Assembly (NCBI GenBank): GCA_963663165.1
Contig: OY760175.1
Coordinates: forward strand, 6,560,001-6,624,000
From: an uncultured Desulfospira sp.
GTDB lineage: Bacteria > Desulfobacterota > Desulfobacteria > Desulfobacterales > Desulfobacteraceae
Direction of reading: 5' to 3'
Length of the DNA: 64,000 bases
Shown piece after piece: positions 18,549 through 27,255 of the stretch. How positions within the stretch are numbered: the first letter of the stretch is position 1; each line of letters opens with the position of its first letter. The notes under the pieces were generated by a model. It worked only from the letters and a program-made list of their open reading frames with translations. It was not told the origin of the DNA and did not search any database. The position numbers and the translations under genes were made by a program.

Positions 18549-20627
18549 CTATTTAACCATAACCAGGGGCAGTTCCGTCCCGTCCACTTTAAAATAGGGA
18601 TGCTGCTGGCCGTTGGTCAGCCTCGGGACCTGTCGGGATACAAACTGGAACATTTCATTTAAGGAGACATAGTTGTCTTTATCGTAATCCGCTTTGCCCA
18701 TCATGGCTTGAACCAGGGTATAGGTGAAAACCCCATGGCCTGTAAAATTCGGGTAAAGTTCAAATTTATCCGATTCCATGGACAGCTCACCGGCCTTTGA
18801 GGCAGAAATAATGTAAAGCCCCTGGGCCGCCCGGATGGCCTCGGACAGATCTTCACTTTCTCCGGCACCGCGCATGCCCACCTGGAGCGCACCCGAATGG
18901 CAGCTGTCAATGGCCACAATGATTTTTTCAACATTCTGGGACAGGATCTTAATGGATTCTTCAAAATCGGACATTCTAAGCCCCCGTGACAAAAGGTTGT
19001 CGCTGTCGGCGTCTGAAGGAAGGAAATAGTAGGAGCCCGACTGCCGGTGCTTGATCCCGTGTCCTGCAATGGACAGGAACACAATATCATCCGGCGCCGC
19101 CTTTCCCAGATGTCCGGATATGTTTGAGATAATGCTTTCCCGGGTAACCTCTTTGTTGACTATGGTTTTAAAGTGGACTTCGGCAAATGAAGACCCGGCC
19201 TGGTCAGTGAAGAATTTTTTGAGCAGCAGGGCATCCTGGTCCGCGTATTTTAAATCCAGGGTGGTGCTGTTGTATTTGGATACACCAATGGAAAGCCCCC
19301 ATAAAATGGGTTTCCGGCCGGACGATAAAACCGCCGGTTCATCGGTAATCTTACCCCTTGAGAACTGCAAATATTTGGTGGTCTGGTTGCCGTAAATATC
19401 TTCGGCTTTTATGGAAATTTTTCCCTGGTCAGGAATGTTGGTTTCATGCTCGAACTGCCCGTCCTTTGTCAGGGCAACGGTTTCATCATTGATCTTAAGG
19501 TAGGATATGGGGTTGTCGTCTTCAACCCGGCCCTTGATCAGGGAGGTTTTAATTTCAGGTTCAAGCATGACCTTAAATCCCCTGGTGGTCTCAGGTGATG
19601 TCAGGACCACCAGAGGCGGGGCCGTGTCTTTTTCAAGGTCAACGGAAAATACTTTTTTAATGATCTTGTTGGACTGGTTCCGGGCCATGACCAGAAACTG
19701 GTTTTCCCCGTCTTTGAGTTCCACGGAATGGGAAAAATGCCCTTTGCTGTCATAGGCTACCATCTGGCCGTTGATTCTGATTTCGGCGATTCCGTCGGGG
19801 TCAATGGCCATGCCTTCGATTTTAAGCGGTTTTTCATAACATACCGGTTTAAACCCCCTGGCCACCGGGGGATTTAAAATGACGATCTCGGGCTCGCCGG
19901 CGGCCTTTGGGGCTGCCTGGGCAACAACAGGACTGCCGGAAGACGCCGAAGGGGTTGGTGCCGAAGGTTTCGGGGGCGTCGTGGCCGTTGCCGGCCGGCT
20001 GGGTTTAGGGGTAAATGAGGATGCATACTGGTTGAGTTTTTTTTGTTCAGCGCTGCTTAACTGTGGGGGAACGGTTTCTTTGATCCGGTTCGTGATGTCG
20101 GCGGCCAGCTTGTCATAGGTGGATTTCTGGGCGGCTTCGCCGGACTGGTTGACACTGATATAGGACGGGCTGTCCATGTCAAGGGTTTTGCCCGTGGCGG
20201 TATGGATCACCTTGTAGGCAAATACGGTCACCGCCTTATTGAGCTTTACCCCGGCCGCCTCTTCGGAATTGATCCGGGTTTTGGCCTTGCCGTTGAGAAT
20301 ATAAGCGGCATTGAGAACGGCGGCGGCTTTTCTTAATGCCGGCACATCCCCTTTGAGTGCCCCTGATATGACCTTTGTGTTTAAACGAGGATGGGAGCCC
20401 AAATCATCGGAAGTTTTAACTTCCATGCCCATCTTGACCAGTTCCCGCCCGATTTTCATTTCACTTTCCTTGAGAAAGTCCGTATTCAGGGTCTGGCTCT
20501 GGTCTTCGACAATATTGATCAGTACATTGGCCGGCCGGTCTGCCCGGGCAGTCCCGGGGACCAGAACGGCCAGGGCCAGTAAACAAAGGCAAAGAATTTT
20601 ATGAACGGTTGCCGCATGGTGCCTCAT
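18549..20627 (-). CDS. Exported caspase-like (peptidase C14) protein with CsgG/TolB-N-like and two Ig-like domains
   Basis: AGGAGG RBS before ATG 20627; signal peptide ending TARA; SIGVSKY..LKYADQDA, AGHG (His), IDSCHSG (Cys), HGVFT and QHP motifs. Confidence 0.9.
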   Translation of the reverse strand: MRHHAATVHKILCLCLLALAVLVPGTARADRPANVLINIVEDQSQTLNTDFLKESEMKIGRELVKMGMEVKTSDDLGSHPRLNTKVISGALKGDVPALRKAAAVLNAAYILNGKAKTRINSEEAAGVKLNKAVTVFAYKVIHTATGKTLDMDSPSYISVNQSGEAAQKSTYDKLAADITNRIKETVPPQLSSAEQKKLNQYASSFTPKPSRPATATTPPKPSAPTPSASSGSPVVAQAAPKAAGEPEIVILNPPVARGFKPVCYEKPLKIEGMAIDPDGIAEIRINGQMVAYDSKGHFSHSVELKDGENQFLVMARNQSNKIIKKVFSVDLEKDTAPPLVVLTSPETTRGFKVMLEPEIKTSLIKGRVEDDNPISYLKINDETVALTKDGQFEHETNIPDQGKISIKAEDIYGNQTTKYLQFSRGKITDEPAVLSSGRKPILWGLSIGVSKYNSTTLDLKYADQDALLLKKFFTDQAGSSFAEVHFKTIVNKEVTRESIISNISGHLGKAAPDDIVFLSIAGHGIKHRQSGSYYFLPSDADSDNLLSRGLRMSDFEESIKILSQNVEKIIVAIDSCHSGALQVGMRGAGESEDLSEAIRAAQGLYIISASKAGELSMESDKFELYPNFTGHGVFTYTLVQAMMGKADYDKDNYVSLNEMFQFVSRQVPRLTNGQQHPYFKVDGTELPLVMVK

Positions 20628-21026
20628 TGAGTCCTCCTGATATTTAAAAATTTGTTCTGGAAATATAATATAATCTGCCCGGATAATACAGGGGAATGCA
20701 CAATTTTTCATTGGCAGGACAATCCCGAAGGGAAAAACAACTTATTCTGTAATGAAATTGGGGGGGGGGATAATGGCCAATAAAATTGAATGGAGACCGG
20801 GAACGGGAGACGGGAGAGTGGAATTCGAAACCCTTAAGGATGCGTGATCCGTTCTTCGGTCTGCCTTCCTCCGGGTTCCTATTTTTAATGCTGTCAGGCC
20901 AGGCCTTGCACTTTTTACTAGAATATATTAGGTTTTCATTGCTGATGGGGTTAAATGTATCAAGGAATAAAACAAGCTTAAAATATTCAGTTACGAACCG
21001 TTCCATGGAGATGACAGGGATTAAAA

Positions 21027-21827
21027 ATGAGTCAATCCGGTAGCATGAGCCTTCAAGTTGAAACCCGCCTGATCTCTGCAAGCGGCCTTACCGACCCGGG
21101 AAAGCAACGGCAGAACAACGAAGATGCCATTTTCATAGACGATCAGGGCAAATTTTTATTGTTGGCCGACGGCATGGGGGGGCAGCGAAACGGGGCCCTG
21201 GCAAGTTCCCTGGTCATCAATGCGGTAAACCGGCAGTTCATGCCCGAGATTGTGGATCAGCAATTAACGGATATTACCGAGTCCGAAGGGGTCCCCACGG
21301 AAATCAGCGGCCTGTGTTCCGTAATTGAAAGTGCTGTGTTTGAGGCCAATCAGATGCTGTACCAGGCCAATTGCAAGGAAAGCGAATCTAAATACGATTT
21401 TATGGGAACCACCCTGGCCGGTCTTTACCTGGCCCCGTCCGGATACATCATTACCTTTCATATCGGAGACAGCCGGATTTACAGGCTTCGCAACGGCGAT
21501 TTAACCCGGATGTCCCGGGACCATTCCCTGTATCAGGAATGGCTGGACAACGGCCAGATCGGCAAACAGCCCAAAAAGAACATCCTTACCCGGGCCATTG
21601 GTTTTGGCGATTATGTCCAGCCCGATACCCATTATAGCAAATATGCCAGAAATGATGTCTACCTGCTTTGCAGCGACGGTTTGACCAACATGCTGCCCGA
21701 AAGAAGAATTGAAGCCGTTCTATCCCAGCGGTCCAATGCAGCCGATTCGGCCGAGGTGCTGGTAAAAGAGGCCAATGATGCGGGGGGGGCGGATAATGTC
21801 AGTGTGGTTTTATGCCGGATAATTTGA
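21027..21827 (+). CDS. PP2C-type Ser/Thr phosphatase (PppA/Stp1-like)
   Basis: NNED, LADGMGG, MGTT, HIGDSR, LCSDGL, GGADN. Confidence 0.95.
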   Translation: MSQSGSMSLQVETRLISASGLTDPGKQRQNNEDAIFIDDQGKFLLLADGMGGQRNGALASSLVINAVNRQFMPEIVDQQLTDITESEGVPTEISGLCSVIESAVFEANQMLYQANCKESESKYDFMGTTLAGLYLAPSGYIITFHIGDSRIYRLRNGDLTRMSRDHSLYQEWLDNGQIGKQPKKNILTRAIGFGDYVQPDTHYSKYARNDVYLLCSDGLTNMLPERRIEAVLSQRSNAADSAEVLVKEANDAGGADNVSVVLCRII

Positions 21828-21849
21828 ACGATTCAGGAACCATATTCCT

Positions 21850-23883
21850 ATGAGCCGGATCAACGAGTCTTCCCAGGAATCCCTTCTGGGGAAATATAAC
21901 ATTGTATCAAAGCTTGGCCAGGGCGCCATGGGCATGGTCTACAAAGGGTTTGACCCGTCCATCGAACGGTACGTGGCCTTAAAAACCGTCAGTTCTCACA
22001 TTCTTAATATGGGAGACTCAGCCGTAACGGCATCCCTTAAACGGTTCAAACAGGAAGCCAAAATTGCCGGCCGTTTGAACCATCCCCACATCGTGTCGGT
22101 TTATGAGTACGGCGAAGATCAGCAGACCATTTTCATTGCCATGGAGTATGTCGAGGGCAAAGAACTCAAGCAGATTTTCACCGAACAGCCGGGGCCATGG
22201 CCGGTGTCAAAAAGTGTCGGCCTGATGATACAGCTGCTTGAAGCCCTTAAACATGCTCACGGCAACGGCGTCATACACCGGGATATCAAACCTGGGAACA
22301 TCATTGTAAGGCCCAATGGCGACATTAAAGTTACGGATTTCGGGATTGCCCGGATTGAGTCTTCAGAGTTGACCCAGATGGGAACCCTGCTGGGCACACC
22401 CAGCTATATGGCACCGGAAATGATCAATGAAAAGCAGGTGGACGCCAGGTCGGATCTTTTTTCGGCCGGGGTGGTGTTCTACCAGTGCCTGACCGGGGGA
22501 AAACCCTTTGACGGGGCGGCCCATCAGGTCATGAATAAAATTTTGACCACCGCCCATACGCCGCCGTCAGCCATTGTCCCGGACCTGCCGCCGGAGCTGG
22601 ACCGGATTGTGGATAAGGCCCTGGCCAAAGACCCGGCCCAGCGGTACCCCAGTGCCGATGCCATGCTCATAGACCTTAAAGGGCTTTTGGCCGGACCGGA
22701 GCCCTCCTATACAGGGATTTTTGCGCCCCCCCAAAGTCCCCCAGCGGCTGAAGGAACACCGCCTGACGCCAGCCTGAATTCACCACCGCCACAGGGGATA
22801 ACCGATCCATCCCCCCCCGGAACCCAGGGCCAGCCGGAAAAAAGGCGGTCTTCGGCCATGCCCTTGATTCTCTCCCTGGTTTTTCTGGGGCTGGTTATCA
22901 TTGCGGCGGTATGGGTGTATTATGACCGGGTGATGTCCGTGGAGTCACCGGGGACGGCAACGGCCCCGAAGACCGCACAGGAAACCGTAAAGCCCGAAAA
23001 ACCAACGTTTTCCATGCCGGAGCCGCTGGCCTTGAGTCCCCGCAAAGAAAAAATCAAGGTGCTCGAAGAAACCCTTAAATCATCAGCCGGCAAGGTGACC
23101 ATGTCCATGGCCCTCGACATGCTCAGGCTTAATATCGCCTTCAAGGATAACACCGGGGGGGCTGAGGCTGACCTGCTGGATTCCCTGGCCGGCCGGATTC
23201 TGTCTTCTGACCGGGTAATCCGGGTGTTTCAGGGGGCTGCGGACCTGATCTGCACCCTGGATACGGATAGCAGCGGGCCTGTGTTAACCCTTAAAAACAG
23301 ATTCCTTGTAAACGCCCCGGACGCCGTTTTCCCCGCCCGTGACTTACTTGAGGGTCCCAAAGAAAACCAGGTTAACCTGGCATATATGATAGATAAGCTG
23401 TATGCCTTCAACGCCTTTGACCTGCTGCAAAGCGTCAAACCACCGGCCGGCAATGCCGCCTATATTGAATTTTCCGGAACCCATGACAACACCTTCCGTA
23501 TTGGACAGACCTCCGACATCTGCATCCATCCGGATCAGGAAGGCGATCTGGTGCTGTTCAATATAAATTCAATGGACATCACCATGCTGTTTCCCCATTT
23601 TAAGGATACAAAAACCCATGTCCTGCAGGGGCAGTCCAAATGTTCGGGAAAAGTGGAAATCTGTCCCCCTGCCGGAACGGAAATGATAGCGTCATTCCTG
23701 TTAAAGGACCGCAGCCTCATGGACAGATTCGGATACACCCTTTCTGAAAAAACCGGGTTCTGCACCTGGGCTTACGAACAGGGTAGGGCCGGCGAATTTT
23801 GCGAGAATCTGATGTTTCAACTGCTCAATGCCCTGGATCAGGGCTGGTCCGTTGACACCCGGCTGGTGCAGATCAGAAACTGA
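21850..23883 (+). CDS. Membrane Hanks-type Ser/Thr kinase (PpkA-like) with C-terminal DUF4384-like periplasmic domain
   Basis: GQGAMG, VALK, HRDIKPGN, DFG, GTPSYMAPE; Pro-rich linker; one TM; FRIGQ...LVLFNI..ITMLFP pattern (domain call tentative). Confidence 0.92.
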   Translation: MSRINESSQESLLGKYNIVSKLGQGAMGMVYKGFDPSIERYVALKTVSSHILNMGDSAVTASLKRFKQEAKIAGRLNHPHIVSVYEYGEDQQTIFIAMEYVEGKELKQIFTEQPGPWPVSKSVGLMIQLLEALKHAHGNGVIHRDIKPGNIIVRPNGDIKVTDFGIARIESSELTQMGTLLGTPSYMAPEMINEKQVDARSDLFSAGVVFYQCLTGGKPFDGAAHQVMNKILTTAHTPPSAIVPDLPPELDRIVDKALAKDPAQRYPSADAMLIDLKGLLAGPEPSYTGIFAPPQSPPAAEGTPPDASLNSPPPQGITDPSPPGTQGQPEKRRSSAMPLILSLVFLGLVIIAAVWVYYDRVMSVESPGTATAPKTAQETVKPEKPTFSMPEPLALSPRKEKIKVLEETLKSSAGKVTMSMALDMLRLNIAFKDNTGGAEADLLDSLAGRILSSDRVIRVFQGAADLICTLDTDSSGPVLTLKNRFLVNAPDAVFPARDLLEGPKENQVNLAYMIDKLYAFNAFDLLQSVKPPAGNAAYIEFSGTHDNTFRIGQTSDICIHPDQEGDLVLFNINSMDITMLFPHFKDTKTHVLQGQSKCSGKVEICPPAGTEMIASFLLKDRSLMDRFGYTLSEKTGFCTWAYEQGRAGEFCENLMFQLLNALDQGWSVDTRLVQIRN

Positions 23884-24111
23884 ATATGCTCCGGACACAT
23901 TTTGGAGGCCAAGCCAAGGGCCTGTGTGGACTTCGGGCTTTCACAGGCCAATATTTACAACCGGCTGTCTGCCTGGTATGACCCTATGATTAAACCATTA
24001 TAGGCCCCGAAATGGCCGGTTAAGAACACTTCGCTTTCTTCTTCAATCAATAACTACGCCATTTGATGGTAAAAATTGTCTGATTAAGGCCATTTTTATC
24101 CTAAATTTAGA

Positions 24112-24263
24112 GTAACTGTTCAGCAGTGCCCCATCTTCGCTCATTCAGGCCTTCTCACATAGCAACAGTATGCTACGAAGTCCTGACTAAACAAATATGA
24201 AGCACTGATGAACAGTTACGGACCCTGGTTTTGCATAGTTTTCAGCATTAGCTGAATAGTTAC
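24112..24263. mobile_element. 152-bp MITE/REP-like palindromic element
   Basis: Terminal IR gtaactgttcagc / gctgaatagttac (12 of 13 match) plus an internal arm gcactgatgaacagttac ending at 24219. Confidence 0.6.
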
Positions 24264-24423
24264 ACTTTTTCTTGAATGCCCTTAAATGAACATTATGCGT
24301 CACCCATCTCCAGGATCGCTGATTTTTGACCGGATAATTCGGGCGGGCTGGTTTCGGGGGCATGACAAGTCCATGGGTACAGAACCATAAAATTTAATGA
24401 ATCAGGCAGGTGTTATGAGCTGG

Positions 24424-24960
24424 CTAACCAATCCCCATGTCATCTACCACTAGTCCGTCAGGTGCTTCCTGCCGGAATTTGAGAAGGGTTTCGGGGTCAT
24501 CCCCCTCCTGGATGAAACAGCTCACCGGCCCGAAGACCGCATCCAGTTCTTGTCCGTTGCATGTGGGCAGAAAGGTTTTAAATACCCGGGGGTCATAAAA
24601 TCTGAAAAAAAGTCGGGTGCCCTCGGGATCTTTGACCGTGACAAGGGAGCGGAAATGTTTTCTCATTTCTATGATTTTTTCTTTGGCAACGGCAAAGATC
24701 CCCCAGTGGTTGCCCCATCCCTCCTCTATCACCCATTGGGTAAAGGGGCTGCCTTTTTCAAGCAGGACAAGGTAAGGGGCGACTTCTTCCACATCATGGG
24801 GCAACTGTCCCTGGTAAAGGCAAAAACACATGGGATCATGCTCATCAAGGCTTAAGAGCAGATTGTTAATGCTGGCCCCGTCAAGTATGGCATATACCCG
24901 TGTTCCCGGGATAGAAAACAGTTGCTGATGAATTTTTTCTAAGCGCTGGTTATCTGTCAT
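24424..24960 (-). CDS. DUF4123 T6SS effector adaptor/chaperone
   Basis: YAILDGA, APYLV.L, WGIF, HFRSL and FFRFYDPRV motifs; directly downstream of vgrG. Confidence 0.92.
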   Translation of the reverse strand: MTDNQRLEKIHQQLFSIPGTRVYAILDGASINNLLLSLDEHDPMCFCLYQGQLPHDVEEVAPYLVLLEKGSPFTQWVIEEGWGNHWGIFAVAKEKIIEMRKHFRSLVTVKDPEGTRLFFRFYDPRVFKTFLPTCNGQELDAVFGPVSCFIQEGDDPETLLKFRQEAPDGLVVDDMGIG

Positions 24961-24978
24961 CGCTGTTTAGTCTCTTTT

Positions 24979-27228
24979 TTATTGGCTTTTTGCGGCCTCT
25001 TTTTGTTCATTTTCCCGTCTGGCCTTTTCACACTCTTCACAAAAGGGCGTGCCGTCCTGGGCGGCCTGGCGCAAAACAGCGGCCGCAGGGGTTTGCTGCT
25101 GAGACGTATCCGCCGGACTTGAAGCTGCCGCCGCCTCAGCCGGTTCACCGGGTTGGGCATTATCGGCCGGTTCCGGGTCTTCTGGCAGGGCCGGGCTTTC
25201 CGCTGATGAGGGGGATGCCGCTGACGCATTTACAGGGGATCCTGATCCGCTGTTGATATACACCATGGTGCCGGTGATATATACACCGTCCTGGGCGATG
25301 ACAACGGATGATCCGCCGCATTTGATTTCGATGCCGGAACTGGCATCAAGTTTGATAGAAGCCGCCTTTAACGCCCCTGTCCCCGAAGCCTCAATCAGGC
25401 AGTCCGAACCGGTGGTCTCCCGCAGCTTCCCCCCGATGCTCAGGTGATAATCCGATCCCACCGTTGCCAGAAGGTCGCCGCCTACCGTGAGGTTGTCACT
25501 GCCCGTAACCTCCTGCTTGCGGTCGGCGTCCACGGTCAGGTTGTCATTGCTTTCAACTTTTTCGATCCGGTCCCCGACCACCCGGAAGTGCTTGTCGCCG
25601 TGCAGCAGTTTTTTCTGGGACCCGCCGTTCTCCTCACCAATGGTCTGGTGCCGGTTGCCCAGGATGTTTTCAAAGGAATCGTTTTTGACATGTACGTCCA
25701 TGTTTTTTTCGGCATGGAAAAACAGCTGCTCATTTCCTTTTTTGTCTTCAAACCGGATTTCATTAAACCCGCTGCCCCCTTTGGAGGAGTCTGTTTTAAA
25801 TGTGGACTTGGTTTTCTCTGCGGGCAGGGCATAGGGGGGCATTGATTTGGCGTTGTAAACCCGGCCGGTAATGATGGGCTGGTCCGGATCACCTTCTAAG
25901 AATTCAACAATCACTTCCTGGCCGATTCTCGGAAGCACCATGGCCCCCCATTTTTTTCCGGCCCAGCCCTGGGACACCCGGATCCAGCAGGAACTGTTTT
26001 CATCCCGCTGTCCTTCCCGGTCCCAGTGGAACTGAACTTTAACCCGGCCGTATTCATCGGTGTATATTTCGTCTCCCCCGGGGCCGCTGACAATGGCGGT
26101 CTGGGGACCTTCCACCAAAGGCTTTGGGGTTTTCGTGGCCGGTCTGTAGGGGGTTTCATAATCAATGGCATTAAACATGACCGTGTAACCGGGCCCGCCC
26201 ACGGATACCCCGGATTGAAATCCGGCAGTGGTGGTCAGATGATAGGCCGCCGATATCACCAGGTACCGTTTGTTAAACCCGTCAATGGGGTGATCGGTCA
26301 GATCAAAATAATGTCCGGCGGCCAGCCCCCTGGCATCGGCTTCACCGGATACGGTTTCAAATCCGGTATAAAAGGCTTCCATCCGTATGCGGGAATAGGC
26401 CTCTCCATCGCCGGATTCCGTATAATGGCCGGGATAATCATAGACCTCGTAAAATGCATGGTCGTGTTCCCGGTCAATGGCCTGGGTGGCGGTCAAGTCT
26501 TTATCCGGTGCTTTAAAGTCAAAATCCCTGTGGGTGACGCTGCCCGGGTGAAGCTGTTTTTCCATAAAGATAGACCGGATGCATTCACCGGCAATGGATG
26601 CCCCGGAGGCATCCTCAGGGCTGAAAACAATACTCTCAAAATCCTCATAAGCTTCAAGGGAGGCATTGGAATCCGCCAGAACCATAATATGCCGGTCTTC
26701 CTCATGGTTGAAATAATAAAAAATGCCTTCATGCTCCATCAGGCGGTTGACAAAATTATGGTCAGACTCCCGGTATTGCACGCAGTATTCCCATTCCCGG
26801 TAATCCCCGGTGAGTTTGAACTCGTAATCGTTGAATTCCAGGTCGTCAAAGATTTCTTTGATGATGTCCGGTACGGTTTTGTTTTGAAATATCCGGCAGT
26901 CCCGGGTATGGTTAAGGAACCAGAGCCAGGGATAAGCCGTCGCCGTATAGTAAGGCAGCCCGTCCCTGATGCCGTGGCTCCGGCAATGGCCCACAAATCC
27001 GTTAAAATAACGGAATTCGTCTGCTTTGGGAAGGGTCAGTTTGACCGATACCTGCTTGCCGAGAATGGTGTTGAAATCCAGGTTGATGTCTTTGCAGCGC
27101 ATCTCCAGATGAATCTGGAACATCCCGGATATGCTTTCATCAATGGTGGCTCCGGTTAAAAGCAGTTTATCTTTCCCCAGGGGGGTGATCAGTTCGATCT
27201 GCCTGTTTTCTTGGGTGACGTCACTCAT
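24979..27228 (-). CDS. vgrG: T6SS spike protein VgrG with short C-terminal CxxC extension
   Basis: YCVQYRESD, YDYPG, GPQTA.V.G, DEYGRVKVQFHWDR, PRIGQEVIVEFLEGDPDQP, NEIRFED. Confidence 0.97.
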   Translation of the reverse strand: MSDVTQENRQIELITPLGKDKLLLTGATIDESISGMFQIHLEMRCKDINLDFNTILGKQVSVKLTLPKADEFRYFNGFVGHCRSHGIRDGLPYYTATAYPWLWFLNHTRDCRIFQNKTVPDIIKEIFDDLEFNDYEFKLTGDYREWEYCVQYRESDHNFVNRLMEHEGIFYYFNHEEDRHIMVLADSNASLEAYEDFESIVFSPEDASGASIAGECIRSIFMEKQLHPGSVTHRDFDFKAPDKDLTATQAIDREHDHAFYEVYDYPGHYTESGDGEAYSRIRMEAFYTGFETVSGEADARGLAAGHYFDLTDHPIDGFNKRYLVISAAYHLTTTAGFQSGVSVGGPGYTVMFNAIDYETPYRPATKTPKPLVEGPQTAIVSGPGGDEIYTDEYGRVKVQFHWDREGQRDENSSCWIRVSQGWAGKKWGAMVLPRIGQEVIVEFLEGDPDQPIITGRVYNAKSMPPYALPAEKTKSTFKTDSSKGGSGFNEIRFEDKKGNEQLFFHAEKNMDVHVKNDSFENILGNRHQTIGEENGGSQKKLLHGDKHFRVVGDRIEKVESNDNLTVDADRKQEVTGSDNLTVGGDLLATVGSDYHLSIGGKLRETTGSDCLIEASGTGALKAASIKLDASSGIEIKCGGSSVVIAQDGVYITGTMVYINSGSGSPVNASAASPSSAESPALPEDPEPADNAQPGEPAEAAAASSPADTSQQQTPAAAVLRQAAQDGTPFCEECEKARRENEQKEAAKSQ

Positions 27229-27255
27229 TAGGGTCGCCTTTTATTAAAATCGTGA

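Noticed and set aside
20628..20711. Longer N-terminus of the caspase from the track start 20711
   Set aside because: ATG 20627 has an AGGAGG RBS and begins a clean signal peptide
20628..21026. Sigma54 promoter for the T6SS regulators
   Set aside because: Best candidate (GGCCAGGCCTTGC) has GG-N9-GC spacing, not the required N10
26026..27159. 377-aa + strand ORF
   Set aside because: Antisense shadow of vgrG with no recognisable motifs
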